64,000 nucleotides of DNA, taken from positions 140 through 64,139 of the forward strand of contig JAACFI010000005.1 in NCBI GenBank assembly GCA_009937575.1. Reading direction: 5' to 3'. Source of the stretch: Haliea sp. (GTDB lineage Bacteria; Pseudomonadota; Gammaproteobacteria; Pseudomonadales; Halieaceae). How positions within the stretch are numbered: the first letter of the stretch is position 1; each line of letters opens with the position of its first letter. The translations under genes were made by a program, and so were the position numbers. Below are positions 47,771 through 60,464 of this stretch, piece by piece. The notes under the pieces were generated by a model. That model ran no database searches and was not told the origin of the DNA. It was given only the letters and a program-made list of their open reading frames with translations.

Positions 47771-50626
47771 ATGCAAGAAAGTTCAATGGAACTCCTGTGG
47801 CGGAGCTCCCATATCGCCGGTGGCAATGCCACCTACGTGGAGGATCTGTACGAGTCCTACCTGATGGACCCCAATGGGGTGCCCGAGCAGTGGCGGGACT
47901 ATTTCGACAAGCTGCCACGGGTCGAATCCGACTTTGTGCAACTGGAGGATATCCCCCACTCGGTAGTCCGGGAACGTTTCGCCCAGATCAGCAAGATGCG
48001 GGTTCGCACCGAGGCCACGGTGCAGCACGATTCCCAGGCCACCGAGTATGAGCGCAAGCAGGTTCGCGTTGTCCAGCTCATTTCCGCCTACCGCCAGCGG
48101 GGTCACCAGAAGGCGAAGCTCGATCCCCTGGACCTGGTCGAGCGCGAACACGTCCCCGACCTGGAGCTCAGTTTCCACGAGCTGTCCGCCGCCGACTTCG
48201 ACACCGTCTTCCAGACCGGCAGCCTGCATATCGGCAAGGCCGACGCCACCCTGGGGGAAATCTACGACGCCCTGGAACGTACCTACTGTAATACCATCGG
48301 CGCCGAGTTCATGCACATCGTCGATACCGAGGAGCGCCACTGGATCATGACGCGCATGGAATCGGTACGCTCTGCCCCTGATTACAGCAAGGATGCACGG
48401 GTCCAGCTGCTGCGCCGCCTGATCAAGGCGGAGGGGCTGGAGAAATCCCTGGGCTCCAAGTATCCCGGCACCAAACGCTTCGGCCTGGAAGGCGGTGAAA
48501 GCCTGATTCCCATGCTGTCTGAGATGATCCACCGCAGCGGCGCCTACGGTACTCAGGAGATCGTCATCGGCATGGCCCACCGCGGCCGTCTCAACGTGTT
48601 GGTCAATATCCTCGGCAAGAACCCCTCGGAGCTGTTCGCGGAATTCGAGGGCAGGGCGGAGTACGAGAGTTCCGGCGACGTTAAATACCACCAGGGTTTT
48701 TCTTCCAACGTGATGACTCCCGGCGGTGAACTGCACCTGGCGTTGGCCTTCAATCCATCGCACCTGGAGATCGTGTCGCCGGTAGTTGAGGGTTCGGTGC
48801 GGGCGCGCCAGGAGCGGCGCAGTGATGAGGTGGGTGAACTGGTCACGCCTGTCGTGGTGCACGGTGATGCCGCCTTCGCCGGCCAGGGTGTGGTGATGGA
48901 GACCTTCCAGATGTCCCAGACCCGCGCCTACAAGACCGGTGGCACAATCCACATCGTGCTCAACAACCAGGTGGGCTTTACCACCAACAAGCGGGAGGAT
49001 GCCCGCTCTACCGAGTACTGTACCGATGTGGCGAAAATGGTCCAGGCGCCGATTTTCCACGTCAATGCGGACGACCCTGAAGCGGTGCTGTTCGTCACCC
49101 AGATGGCAGTGGACTACCGTACCGAGTTCAGGAAGGACGTTGTCATAGACCTGGTCTGCTACCGCCGGCGCGGACACAACGAGGCGGATGAGCCCTCTGT
49201 GACCCAGCCGCTCATGTACCAGAAAATCCGCAAGCACAAGACCACCCGGGACCTGTATGCCGGGAAACTGATCGCCGAGGGCATCATCAGCGAGAAAGAG
49301 GACCAGTACCTGGTGGAGCGCTACCGGGAATCTCTGGACCGGGGGGAGCCACTGGTCAGTGGCCTGGTGTCCGAGCCGAACAAATCCCTGTTCGTGGACT
49401 GGTCGCCCTACCTGGGGCACGAGTGGACCCTCCAGGCGGATACCCGCATGGACATGCACGAGATGCAGGCCCTTGCCCATGATACCAACGTGTCGCCGGA
49501 CAACTTTCCGCTGCAAAGGCAGGTGTCGAAGATTCTCGAGGACCGGCGCAAGATGGCCGCGGGCGCCACGCCCGTCAACTGGGGGTTTGCGGAAACCCTG
49601 GCCTACGCCTCCCTGTTGCAGGCGGGGTATCCCGTGCGCCTTACCGGGCAGGACGTGGGCCGCGGTACCTTCTCCCACCGCCACGCGGTACTGCACAACC
49701 AGAAGGACGAGAGCGTCTATATCCCGCTGCAGCACGTCAGTGATGACCAGGCACCGATTGTCATCTATGACTCGCTGTTATCAGAAGAGGCGGTACTGGC
49801 TTTTGAGTACGGTTATGCCACCACCATGCCCAAGGGGATGGTGATCTGGGAGGCCCAGTTCGGCGACTTCGCCAACGGCGCCCAGGTGGTGATCGACCAG
49901 TTCATCACCAGCGGGGAACACAAGTGGTCGCGCCTGTGCGGACTGACCATGCTGCTGCCCCACGGCTATGAGGGCCAGGGGCCGGAGCACTCCTCCGCGC
50001 GGCTGGAGCGCTTCATGCAGCTCTGCGCGGAGCACAACATCCAGGTCTGCGTTCCGAGTACGCCGGCGCAGGTGTTCCACATGCTGCGTCGCCAGGCGAT
50101 CCGCCCCCTGCGCAAACCGCTGATTGTGATGTCCCCCAAGAGCCTGCTGCGGCACAAGGAGGCGATCTCGACCCTGGAAGAGCTTGCCCACGGTCACTTC
50201 AACAACGTGCTGGATGAGACTGATGACCTGGACAAGTCGAAGGTGCGTCGGGTGATCATCTGCAGTGGCAAGGTGTACTACGACCTGCGCGCAACCCGCC
50301 GTGAGCGAGGTATCGATGACATCGCTATCCTGCGCCTGGAGCAGCTGTATCCCTTCCCGGAGGCCGAGCTGCTGCAGGTACTGACCGAGTACACCAGCCT
50401 GGAAGACGCGGTGTGGTGCCAGGAAGAGCCCATGAACCAGGGTGCCTGGTATGCAAGCCAGCACCACATGCGGCGTGTGATTCACCGGCACAAGGTGGAT
50501 GTCTACCTGCGCTATGTGGGGCGCGAGGCTTCCGCGGCCCCGGCAGCGGGCTACATGGCCCTGCACCTGGAGCAGCAGCAACAGTTTATCGACGACGCCC
50601 TGGGCGACATGCCCTGGGGTAATTAA
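47771..50626 (+). CDS. sucA: 2-oxoglutarate dehydrogenase E1 component
   Basis: 951 aa. The N-terminus MQESSMELLWRSSHIAGGNATYVEDLYESYL parallels E. coli SucA. Followed by sucB. Confidence 0.95.
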   Translation: MQESSMELLWRSSHIAGGNATYVEDLYESYLMDPNGVPEQWRDYFDKLPRVESDFVQLEDIPHSVVRERFAQISKMRVRTEATVQHDSQATEYERKQVRVVQLISAYRQRGHQKAKLDPLDLVEREHVPDLELSFHELSAADFDTVFQTGSLHIGKADATLGEIYDALERTYCNTIGAEFMHIVDTEERHWIMTRMESVRSAPDYSKDARVQLLRRLIKAEGLEKSLGSKYPGTKRFGLEGGESLIPMLSEMIHRSGAYGTQEIVIGMAHRGRLNVLVNILGKNPSELFAEFEGRAEYESSGDVKYHQGFSSNVMTPGGELHLALAFNPSHLEIVSPVVEGSVRARQERRSDEVGELVTPVVVHGDAAFAGQGVVMETFQMSQTRAYKTGGTIHIVLNNQVGFTTNKREDARSTEYCTDVAKMVQAPIFHVNADDPEAVLFVTQMAVDYRTEFRKDVVIDLVCYRRRGHNEADEPSVTQPLMYQKIRKHKTTRDLYAGKLIAEGIISEKEDQYLVERYRESLDRGEPLVSGLVSEPNKSLFVDWSPYLGHEWTLQADTRMDMHEMQALAHDTNVSPDNFPLQRQVSKILEDRRKMAAGATPVNWGFAETLAYASLLQAGYPVRLTGQDVGRGTFSHRHAVLHNQKDESVYIPLQHVSDDQAPIVIYDSLLSEEAVLAFEYGYATTMPKGMVIWEAQFGDFANGAQVVIDQFITSGEHKWSRLCGLTMLLPHGYEGQGPEHSSARLERFMQLCAEHNIQVCVPSTPAQVFHMLRRQAIRPLRKPLIVMSPKSLLRHKEAISTLEELAHGHFNNVLDETDDLDKSKVRRVIICSGKVYYDLRATRRERGIDDIAILRLEQLYPFPEAELLQVLTEYTSLEDAVWCQEEPMNQGAWYASQHHMRRVIHRHKVDVYLRYVGREASAAPAAGYMALHLEQQQQFIDDALGDMPWGN

Positions 50627-50656
50627 ACACTACTGGCATTTCATAAAGGATACGAA

Positions 50657-51925
50657 ATGGCAATTGAAATCAAGGCACCCGCTTTTCCCGAATCGGTCGC
50701 AGACGGGGAGGTGGCTGCCTGGCACAAGCAGGAAGGTGAGTCGGTGTCCCGCGACGAACTCATCGTCGAGATCGAGACCGACAAGGTGGTGATGGAAGTG
50801 GTGGCGCCCGAGGACGGGGTGATCAGCAAGATCCACGCCCAGGAAGGGGAGACCATCGAGAGCGAGCAATTGCTGGCGACCCTGGAGCAGGGTGCGGCGG
50901 CCCAGGCTGTACCTGCGCCGGCGGAAGAGCCCGCCGCGGAACCGGCGCCGGCCGCCACTGCCGCGGGCGTGAGCGAGAACGAGATGGCAGCCATGCTGGG
51001 CCCCGCCGCCCGGCAACTGGTAGAAGAACACAAGCTCGATATCAGCCAGATCACCGGCACCGGCAAGAATGGTCGTATCACCAAGGAAGATATCCTCAAG
51101 TACATGAAGAGTGCGGCGGCCGATGCTGCTGCAGCGCAGGTTTCGGCGGACAAGGAAGCCCCGGCGCCGGCCGCCGCCGCGGCGGTGGCAGTGGCAGAGG
51201 CGCCCGTTGGGCCCTCCAGCGAGCGGGTTGAAAGGCGTGTACCGATGACTCGCATGCGCGCCAGGATCGCCGAGCGGCTGCTGGATGCCACCCAGGAAAC
51301 CGCCATGCTCACCACCTTCAACGAGGTGAACATGGCGCCAATGATGGCCCTGCGCAGCAAGTACAAGGAGCAGTTCGAGAAAACCCACAACGGCACCCGG
51401 CTGGGTTTCATGGGCTTCTTCGTGAAAGCCGCCTGTGAAGCGCTGAAGCGCTTCCCCGCGGTCAACGCCTCCATCGATGGCAACGATATCGTCTACCACG
51501 GCTACCAGGATATCGGGGTGGCGGTATCCACCGAGGATGGCCTGGTTGTTCCGGTATTACGTGACGCGGATTTTATGAGCGTGGCCGATGTGGAAGCCGC
51601 CATCAGGGACCTCGGCACCCGGGCCCGGGACAAGAAGCTGACTATCGACGATATGACCGGCGGGACCTTCACGGTATCCAATGGAGGTGTGTTCGGCTCG
51701 CTACTGTCCACGCCTATTCTCAATCCGCCGCAGACCGGCATATTGGGCATGCACAAGATCCAGGAGCGCCCGATGGCGGTGGACGGCCAGGTGGTCGTGC
51801 TGCCGATGATGTACCTCGCCCTGTCCTACGACCATCGTCTGATCGACGGCAAGACTGCCGTGCAGTTCCTGGTGGCCATCAAGGACCTGATCGAGGATCC
51901 CGCGCGCATCCTGCTGCAACTGTAG
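50657..51925 (+). CDS. sucB: Dihydrolipoyllysine-residue succinyltransferase (E2o)
   Basis: Lipoyl domain [10 protein letters not shown], Ala/Pro linkers, catalytic SYDHRLIDG. Confidence 0.95.
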   Translation: MAIEIKAPAFPESVADGEVAAWHKQEGESVSRDELIVEIETDKVVMEVVAPEDGVISKIHAQEGETIESEQLLATLEQGAAAQAVPAPAEEPAAEPAPAATAAGVSENEMAAMLGPAARQLVEEHKLDISQITGTGKNGRITKEDILKYMKSAAADAAAAQVSADKEAPAPAAAAAVAVAEAPVGPSSERVERRVPMTRMRARIAERLLDATQETAMLTTFNEVNMAPMMALRSKYKEQFEKTHNGTRLGFMGFFVKAACEALKRFPAVNASIDGNDIVYHGYQDIGVAVSTEDGLVVPVLRDADFMSVADVEAAIRDLGTRARDKKLTIDDMTGGTFTVSNGGVFGSLLSTPILNPPQTGILGMHKIQERPMAVDGQVVVLPMMYLALSYDHRLIDGKTAVQFLVAIKDLIEDPARILLQL

Positions 51926-51937
51926 AAACACCAGTGA

Positions 51938-53407
<1,470 letters not shown>

Positions 53408-53529
53408 AATTCGCCCGGGAGTTGTACCACACAAGAATTGCAGACACGTCCGGGTATAAACCGGGAAACTGACGTCTGGTAAGCGTCGGTGACCTTCACA
53501 CAAAGCAGCAAACGAGAGCAGGACATAAC

Positions 53530-54699
53530 ATGAATCTTCATGAGTATCAGGGCAAACAGCTGTTTGCCGAGTACGGGCTGCCGGTATCCAAGGGATACGC
53601 GGTGGATACCCCCAAGGAGGCGACCGAGGCCGCCGACATGATCGGTGGTGATATTTGGGTGGTGAAGGCCCAGGTGCACGCCGGTGGCCGCGGCAAGGCC
53701 GGCGGTGTAAAACTGGTGAAATCCAAGGAAGAGATCGCGGCATTTGCCAAGCAGTGGTTGGGCAATAAGCTTGTCACCTACCAGACCGACGAGAATGGCC
53801 AGCCGGTGAGCAAGATCCTGGTGGAGTCCTGCACCGATATCGCCGAGGAGTTGTATCTCGGCGCGGTGGTGGATCGCTCCTCCCGCCGCATCGTTTTCAT
53901 GGCCTCTACCGAGGGCGGCGTGGAGATCGAGAAAGTGGCGGAGGAAACACCCGATAAAATTCTGCGGGCAACCATCGACCCGCTGGTGGGCGCGCAGCCT
54001 TACCAGGGCCGGGAACTGGCTTTCAACCTGGGCCTGAAAGGCGACCAGATCAAGCAGTTCGTGAAAATTTTCATGGGCCTGTCGCAGATGTTCGTTGAAA
54101 AGGACCTGGCCCTGATAGAAGTCAATCCGCTGGTGATCACCGACCAGGGCAACCTGCACTGCCTGGATGCCAAGATCGGTGTCGACGGCAACGCCCTCTA
54201 TCGCCAGGGCACACTGCGGGACATGCACGATCCGTCCCAGGAAGATGCACGGGAGGCCCACGCCGCCCAGTGGGAGTTGAACTACGTGGCCCTGGACGGC
54301 AACATCGGTTGCATGGTCAACGGTGCCGGCCTGGCCATGGGCACCATGGACATTGTCGCCCTGCATGGCGGCTTCCCCGCCAACTTCCTCGACGTGGGTG
54401 GCGGCGCCACCAAGGAACGGGTCTCCGAGGCCTTCAAAATCATCCTGTCTGACGACAACGTGAAAGCGGTATTGATCAATATCTTCGGCGGTATCGTACG
54501 CTGCGACCTGATTGCCGAGGGTGTGATCGGTGCAGTGGAGGAGATCGGCGTACAGGTGCCGGTCGTGGTGCGCCTGGAGGGCAACAATGCCGATCTGGGC
54601 CGCAAGGTACTGGCTGACAGCGGGCTGAACATCATCGCCGCCACGAGCCTCACAGACGCTGCCCGGCAGGCAGTTAATGCAGCGGGAGGTGCAGCGTAA
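53530..54699 (+). CDS. sucC: Succinyl-CoA ligase (ADP-forming) beta subunit
   Basis: [22 protein letters not shown]-grasp region, 389 aa. Confidence 0.96.
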   Translation: MNLHEYQGKQLFAEYGLPVSKGYAVDTPKEATEAADMIGGDIWVVKAQVHAGGRGKAGGVKLVKSKEEIAAFAKQWLGNKLVTYQTDENGQPVSKILVESCTDIAEELYLGAVVDRSSRRIVFMASTEGGVEIEKVAEETPDKILRATIDPLVGAQPYQGRELAFNLGLKGDQIKQFVKIFMGLSQMFVEKDLALIEVNPLVITDQGNLHCLDAKIGVDGNALYRQGTLRDMHDPSQEDAREAHAAQWELNYVALDGNIGCMVNGAGLAMGTMDIVALHGGFPANFLDVGGGATKERVSEAFKIILSDDNVKAVLINIFGGIVRCDLIAEGVIGAVEEIGVQVPVVVRLEGNNADLGRKVLADSGLNIIAATSLTDAARQAVNAAGGAA

Positions 54700-55571
54700 T
54701 GAGCATTCTTATCGACAAGAACACCAGGGTCATCTGCCAGGGTTTTACCGGCTCCCAGGGCACCTTCCACTCGGAACAGGCCATCGAGTACGGTACACAG
54801 ATGGTCGGCGGTGTGACCCCGGGCAAGGGAGGCCAGGAACACCTGGGTCTGCCGGTCTTCAACACCGTGGCCGACGCGGTGGAAGCTACCGGTGCCGATG
54901 CCTCGGTGATCTATGTTCCCGCGCCGTTCTGTAAGGACTCGATCCTGGAAGCGGCCAACGGCGGTATCAAACTGATCGTGTGTATTACCGAGGGCATTCC
55001 CACCCTGGATATGCTGGAGGCCAAGGTCAAGTGCGACGAACTGGGCGTGCGCCTGGTGGGCCCAAATTGCCCGGGTGTGATTACTCCCGGGGAATGCAAG
55101 ATCGGTATCATGCCGGGCCACATCCATGTGCCGGGCAAGGTGGGCATTGTCTCCCGCTCCGGTACCCTGACCTACGAGGCGGTCAAGCAGACCACCGACG
55201 CGGGCTATGGCCAGTCCACCTGTGTCGGTATCGGCGGCGACCCGATTCCCGGTTCCAACTTCATCGACATCCTGGAGTTGTTCGAGCAGGATGCCGCCAC
55301 CGAGGCGATCGTGATGATCGGTGAGATCGGCGGCACCGCGGAAGAGGAGGCGGCGGCCTATATCAAGGCCAACGTCAGCAAGCCGGTGGTGTCCTACATC
55401 GCCGGTGTGACCGCGCCTAAGGGCAAGCGCATGGGCCACGCCGGGGCCATCATCTCTGGTGGCAAGGGAACCGCGGACGAGAAGTTCGCGGCCCTGGAAG
55501 ATGCCGGCGTGAAAACCGTACGCTCCCTGGCCGACATCGGTGCCGGCCTTGCGGAGATTACCGGCTGGTAA
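54699..55571 (+). CDS. sucD: Succinyl-CoA ligase (ADP-forming) alpha subunit
   Basis: [20 protein letters not shown], phospho-His context [20 protein letters not shown] overlap with sucC. Confidence 0.96.
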   Translation: MSILIDKNTRVICQGFTGSQGTFHSEQAIEYGTQMVGGVTPGKGGQEHLGLPVFNTVADAVEATGADASVIYVPAPFCKDSILEAANGGIKLIVCITEGIPTLDMLEAKVKCDELGVRLVGPNCPGVITPGECKIGIMPGHIHVPGKVGIVSRSGTLTYEAVKQTTDAGYGQSTCVGIGGDPIPGSNFIDILELFEQDAATEAIVMIGEIGGTAEEEAAAYIKANVSKPVVSYIAGVTAPKGKRMGHAGAIISGGKGTADEKFAALEDAGVKTVRSLADIGAGLAEITGW

Positions 55572-55615
55572 TCCTACACTGACTATCCCCACTCAAATGG
55601 GGGCGCCGTTATCGC

Positions 55616-55646
55616 AAAGGCCCATCACTGGATGGGCCTTTTTTCT
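55616..55646 (+). terminator. Rho-independent terminator of the sdh-suc transcript
   Basis: GGCCCATC-ACTG-GATGGGCC followed by TTTTTTCT. Confidence 0.8.
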
Positions 55647-55803
55647 GTCTGCAATCACATTATCTCCGAATAAGCTGGTCAAAATATGACCTGCTTCACA
55701 GAATCGCCGGTTCCCGGCAGATGGCCCTGATCCCCGGTCATATACTCGGTCAATAGAATGCTTGGATCAGGGGCGCGGTAACCGGTCGCCTCCGGGGGAT
55801 GAA

Positions 55804-58317
55804 GTGACGAAAGGGTTGCAGAAGCCTGTCAGAGGGACAGCGGCAGTTGCGATATTACTGGCCACACTGGCGTCAGCCGCCGCATGGGCGGAATCGCCAT
55901 CGCACAGCCTGCTCTATGATGTGTCAGTGGATGGGGGAATCGCCGGGGAAGCCCTGGACGGCGCCCTGAGCGTGCGCACAGCCCGTATCAACTTTGGACT
56001 GTTGCGCAGCGGCAGGTTGAGCCTGGATACCGGTGAGGGTCTGCCACTGGAGCTGACGCGATCCAGGGATATTACCTACAGCAACGGCGCCCAGGTATGG
56101 GAGGGCAGTATCGAGGGCAAGCCCGACAGCAGCGTGTTGCTGGGTAAATACGGCAAGTCCCTGTCCGGCGCCATCCGCTTCGACGGCCGCCTGTTCAAGC
56201 TGGTACCCCTGGAGGGTGGTATGCACGCCCTGGCGGAGTTCCCGCCCGGGCAGCCCGCGCCCGAGGTGCCTCCCGTTGCAGACGGGGGCGGAGCAGGGGA
56301 ACCGGCAGCTGCGCAAAGCTCTGCCACCCCCGACGGCGGTGTGGTGGTGGATGTGATGGTGGTCTACACCCCGGCCGCGGCTTCGGCGGTGTCCTCCCAG
56401 GGCGGAATCGAGTCCCTTATCGCCACCGCGATCGCCGAAAGCAATGCCGCCTACCAGAACAGCGCCATCAACATGCAGTTGAACCTGGTACACACGGAAC
56501 AGGTGGATTACGCGGCCGCTTCCGGGTCCAGTGGATGGAGCACTGATCTCAATCGCCTCGCCGGCAGCAGCGACGGCTACATGGATACGATCCACGCTAC
56601 CCGGGATGCCGTGGGGGCGGACATGGTGGCGTTGATCCGGGCCGGTGAGGCCACCTACTGCGGTATCGGCTACCTCAACAATTCCCTGACGGCCGGCGGT
56701 GCCTTCTCGGTGACGCGCTACAACTGTGCTACCGGCTATTATTCCTTCGCCCACGAGTTGGGGCACAACAAGGGCAGCCATCACGATCCTGACACTGCGG
56801 GGGGCGATCCCGCCCTGTTCAGCTATTCCTATGGTTTCCGGGATCCCGGTGCTGTGTTCCGCACGGTGATGGCCTACAACTGCCCCGGTGGCTGTACCCG
56901 TTACCAGTATTTTTCCAATCCGGATGTCACCTTCCAGTCCACAGGGCTGCCCACCGGTGTGGAAAATGAAACCGACAACGCCCGATCCATCAATTACGCC
57001 GCCACGGTTGCCGCCGGCTGGCGATTGATCCCGGTGGGCAGTGCGCCAGCCGGGCCCTCGAATGCTTCGGTCACCGGGGTGACCTCGGAACAGATCACCC
57101 TGGCCTGGACCGACAACTCAGACAATGAGTCCAGTTTCAGGGTCCAGCAGTCGCAGGACGGCGTGAATTTCTCTGAAATTGCCACCACCGCCGCCAACAC
57201 AAACAGTTACACCGTGACTTCCCTGGACTCTGCGACCGAGTACTGGTTTCGAATCTTCGCCCATAACAGCCTGGGCTACTCCTCGACCCATGCCGCCACC
57301 AGTGCGACCACCTCGGCTCCGCCGGCCCATATTTACCGTGTGGCCTACGGCGAATCCACCACCAAAGCGAGTGTCAGTGGCACTTACCTAAATACCCAGG
57401 CGGACGATGGCGTAGTCCAGGCGATTACCGAGACCGGCAGCGGCGGCCCGAAACGCCGTCGTCACAGCCTGCTGGAGCACCGCTGGAGCGTGGACGTGGC
57501 CCCCGGGTCGGCGGCCAGCCTGCTGCTGGAGGCCTCCAGCGTGGTGGGCGGCGGCGAGGAACTGACCTTCGCCTGGTCCAGCGACCTGTCGGAGTGGCAC
57601 CCGGTGCTGAGCCTGGTGGGTAACACTTCGGACGCCTACTGGGAACTGCCCCTGCTGCCGACCCCGTCCGGGACTGTCTATATCCGTGTGCGGGACAACC
57701 AGCGTACCGACGGGGTGCAGTCCAGCAATCGCGTCAGCGTGGACTACCTTGCGGTGCGCTCCGATACCGCCGCGGTAGAGCCGTTGACGGAGGCCCCGGT
57801 AGTGAACAGTGCCAGCGTGTCAGACTACACCACGGCTGAACTTTCCTGGGGGGACCTGCAAGGGGAGGCGGGCTATGAAATCGTCCGCAGCGGCAACGGT
57901 GAAACAGTGGATCCCGCAGCCGTCCTCAGCGCAAATACCACGAGTTACCAGGACGCTGGTCTCGCCGAGAATACGACCTTCACTTTCCATGTTCGCGGCT
58001 ATAACAGCGAGGGTTCCTCACCGGATTCGGCCCCTGCCCAGGTGACCACCGGAACACTCCCGCCGCCGTCGGCACTGCCCCTGAGTGTCAACAGTTACAA
58101 GCGCAAGGGCGTCAAGACGGTGGAATTGACCTGGGGTGACAGCAGCTCGCCCGTCCATGTCTATCGAGACGGCGGCGAGATCGGCGTGGTCACGGAGCCG
58201 CAATCGGGAACTTACAATTACCGGGATCTTCTTGGTAAGGGCGGTGGAACTTACGTCTACAGGATCTGCCTGCCCGACGGGACGACATGTTCCGATGACG
58301 AGGTGGTCGTCTTCTAG
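55804..58317 (+). CDS. Secreted multidomain zinc metalloprotease (metzincin, reprolysin/M12B-like) with FN3 domains
   Basis: Signal peptide (V)TKGLQKPVRGTAAVAILLATLASAAAWA, zinc motif HELGHNKGSHHD (HExxHxxGxxH) and Met-turn TVMAYN. Two FN3-like modules (ITLAWTDNSDNESSFRVQQS...EYWFRIFAHN; AELSWGDLQGEAGYEIVRSG...TFTFHVRGYN) and a Cys-containing C-terminal beta-domain. GTG 55804 preferred (GGGGGA Shine-Dalgarno); the ORF track starts at TTG 55762. Confidence 0.8.
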   Translation: MTKGLQKPVRGTAAVAILLATLASAAAWAESPSHSLLYDVSVDGGIAGEALDGALSVRTARINFGLLRSGRLSLDTGEGLPLELTRSRDITYSNGAQVWEGSIEGKPDSSVLLGKYGKSLSGAIRFDGRLFKLVPLEGGMHALAEFPPGQPAPEVPPVADGGGAGEPAAAQSSATPDGGVVVDVMVVYTPAAASAVSSQGGIESLIATAIAESNAAYQNSAINMQLNLVHTEQVDYAAASGSSGWSTDLNRLAGSSDGYMDTIHATRDAVGADMVALIRAGEATYCGIGYLNNSLTAGGAFSVTRYNCATGYYSFAHELGHNKGSHHDPDTAGGDPALFSYSYGFRDPGAVFRTVMAYNCPGGCTRYQYFSNPDVTFQSTGLPTGVENETDNARSINYAATVAAGWRLIPVGSAPAGPSNASVTGVTSEQITLAWTDNSDNESSFRVQQSQDGVNFSEIATTAANTNSYTVTSLDSATEYWFRIFAHNSLGYSSTHAATSATTSAPPAHIYRVAYGESTTKASVSGTYLNTQADDGVVQAITETGSGGPKRRRHSLLEHRWSVDVAPGSAASLLLEASSVVGGGEELTFAWSSDLSEWHPVLSLVGNTSDAYWELPLLPTPSGTVYIRVRDNQRTDGVQSSNRVSVDYLAVRSDTAAVEPLTEAPVVNSASVSDYTTAELSWGDLQGEAGYEIVRSGNGETVDPAAVLSANTTSYQDAGLAENTTFTFHVRGYNSEGSSPDSAPAQVTTGTLPPPSALPLSVNSYKRKGVKTVELTWGDSSSPVHVYRDGGEIGVVTEPQSGTYNYRDLLGKGGGTYVYRICLPDGTTCSDDEVVVF

Positions 58318-58325
58318 ATCTGATC

Positions 58326-58354
58326 TTCCCCGGGGGGTCGGTTCCCCCCGGGAA
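58326..58354 (+). terminator. Strong GC hairpin after the protease gene (non-canonical terminator candidate)
   Basis: TTCC(C)CGGGGGG-TCGGT-TCCCCCCGGGAA gives about an 11-bp stem with one bulge. It is followed by CCTGAAAAAAA rather than a T-run. Confidence 0.35.
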
Positions 58355-58388
58355 CCTGAAAAAAACTGCCAGGCTTTGCGCGCTGGCG

Positions 58389-58417
58389 CTTGAAATCCCC
58401 GGGGTCTGCCCCAATAT
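58389..58417 (+). promoter_or_regulatory. Sigma32 (RpoH) heat-shock promoter of htpG
   Basis: CTTGAAA, a 13-nt spacer, then CCCCAATAT. This matches the RpoH consensus CTTGAAA-N13/14-CCCCATnT and lies about 55 nt upstream of the htpG ATG. Confidence 0.8.
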
Positions 58418-58472
58418 TCCTCTCATCTAATAATTTCCTGTTAAATCAACATATTAGAAAGCAGAGGACAAT

Positions 58473-60389
58473 ATGACCGCGGATGTAAAGAAAGAGACCC
58501 TGGGTTTCCAGACCGAGGCGAAGCAGTTACTTCACCTGATGATCCACTCCCTGTACAGCAACCAGGAAATTTTCCTGCGGGAGCTGATTTCCAATGCCTC
58601 CGACGCTATCGACAAGCTGCGCTTCGCCGCCCTGTCGGATGAGAGCCTGCTGGAGGGGCAGGGGGATTACCAGGTGCATGTGGACGTCGACAAGGACGCC
58701 AATACCATCAGTATCAGTGATAACGGTATCGGCATGAACCGCGACGAGGTGGTGGAGCACCTGGGAACCATCGCCAAATCCGGTACCGCCGCTTTCCTGG
58801 AGAGCCTGACCGGCGACCAGCAGAAGGATTCGCAGTTGATCGGCCAGTTCGGGGTGGGTTTCTACTCTGCCTTCATTGTCGCCGACCGGGTGGAGGTGCA
58901 CACCCGCAAGGCCGGGGAGGCCGCGGACCAGGGCGTATTGTGGGAGTCCCACGGGGAGGCCGAGTTCTCGGTCGAGCCGCAGGAGAAAGCCGATCGGGGT
59001 ACCAGTATCACCCTTTACCTGAAAGACGGATGCAAGGAATTCGCCGAGGACTTCCGCGTGCGCAGCGTGATCAAGAAATATTCCGATCACATTTCCGTGC
59101 CGGTGATGATGGTCAAGCCCCCCGAGCCGCCGGCAGAAGGGGAGGAGGCGCCCGAGAACCCCGAGGTGGAGTACGAGGCAGTCAACGAGGCCACTGCACT
59201 GTGGACCCGGGGCCGCACGGAGATATCGGATGACGAGTACAAGGAGTTCTACAAGCACGTCTCCCACGATTTCGACGATCCCCTGACCTGGAGCCACAAC
59301 AAGGTCGAGGGAAAGCTGGAATACACCAGCCTGCTGTACATCCCCAGGAGGGCGCCTTTCGATATGTGGAACCGGGACATGGCCCGGGGCCTGAAGCTTT
59401 ACGTGCAGCGCACGTTTATCATGGACGAGGCGGAGCAGTTCCTGCCCCTGTACCTGCGTTTCGTGAAGGGCGTGGTGGACTCCAGCGACCTGCCACTTAA
59501 CGTCTCCCGGGAAATACTGCAGCAGGATGCCTCGGTGGATTCCATGCGCGGCGCCGTCACCAAGCGGGTGCTGGATATGCTGGGAAAACTGGCCAAGAAA
59601 GAGGGCGACGACTACGCCGACTTCTGGAAGGAGTTCGGCCAGGTTTTGAAAGAGGGGCCGGCGGAAGATTTTGCCAACAAGGAAAAGATCGCCAAGCTGC
59701 TGCGCTTCTCCACCACCCACACCGACGTGGAAGAGCAGGACCAGTCCCTGGAGGACTACGTTACGCGAATGCAAGAGAATCAGGAGAAGATCTACTACGT
59801 GGTCGCCGAGAACTTCAACACCGCGAAGAACAGTCCTCACCTGGAGGTATTCCGCAAGAAGGGCATCGAGGTATTGCTGCTGTCCGACCGGGTGGACGAC
59901 TGGCTGATGAACCACCTGCAGGAATTCGACGGCAAGCAGTTCCAGGACGTTGCGCGTGGCGCCCTCGACCTGGCGACGGACTCGGAGGAGGAGAAGGCCG
60001 AGCAGGAAAAGCTGGAGAAGGAGAGCGAGGCCCTGGTGGAGCGCCTTGGCAAGGTGCTGGAAGACAAGGTGGCGGAAGTTCGCGCCACTGGCCGGCTCAC
60101 AGATTCAGCCGCCTGCCTGGTGGTGGGAGACTTCGACATGGGCGCCCAGATGCGCCGCATCATGGAACAGGCCGGGCAGCCTGTGCCTGACAGCAAGCCC
60201 ATTCTGGAAGTGAACCCTGGGCATCCCCTGGTGACCATGCTGGACCAGGAAGCGGACGAGGACCGTTTCGCCGACCTCGCCACTATCGTGTTCGACCAGG
60301 CGCACCTGGCAGAAGGGGGGCAGTTGGATGATCCGGCGGCGTATGTCACGCGCATGAATCGTTTGTTGCTCGAGATGAGTAAGGCATAA
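58473..60389 (+). CDS. htpG: Molecular chaperone HtpG (Hsp90)
   Basis: [29 protein letters not shown], 638 aa. Confidence 0.96.
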   Translation: MTADVKKETLGFQTEAKQLLHLMIHSLYSNQEIFLRELISNASDAIDKLRFAALSDESLLEGQGDYQVHVDVDKDANTISISDNGIGMNRDEVVEHLGTIAKSGTAAFLESLTGDQQKDSQLIGQFGVGFYSAFIVADRVEVHTRKAGEAADQGVLWESHGEAEFSVEPQEKADRGTSITLYLKDGCKEFAEDFRVRSVIKKYSDHISVPVMMVKPPEPPAEGEEAPENPEVEYEAVNEATALWTRGRTEISDDEYKEFYKHVSHDFDDPLTWSHNKVEGKLEYTSLLYIPRRAPFDMWNRDMARGLKLYVQRTFIMDEAEQFLPLYLRFVKGVVDSSDLPLNVSREILQQDASVDSMRGAVTKRVLDMLGKLAKKEGDDYADFWKEFGQVLKEGPAEDFANKEKIAKLLRFSTTHTDVEEQDQSLEDYVTRMQENQEKIYYVVAENFNTAKNSPHLEVFRKKGIEVLLLSDRVDDWLMNHLQEFDGKQFQDVARGALDLATDSEEEKAEQEKLEKESEALVERLGKVLEDKVAEVRATGRLTDSAACLVVGDFDMGAQMRRIMEQAGQPVPDSKPILEVNPGHPLVTMLDQEADEDRFADLATIVFDQAHLAEGGQLDDPAAYVTRMNRLLLEMSKA

Positions 60390-60464
60390 GCCGGACACCA
60401 TTGATCCGGGTAATTTGCTAGACTGACCCCCAAACCACAATCATAACAACTACCGGGAGCCCCC

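Noticed and set aside
50880-51210. Low-complexity GCC/GCG-rich repeats (Ala/Pro/Glu runs) inside sucB.
   Set aside because: These are the normal flexible Ala/Pro linkers between the lipoyl, E3-binding and catalytic domains of E2 components. They are not a DNA repeat element.
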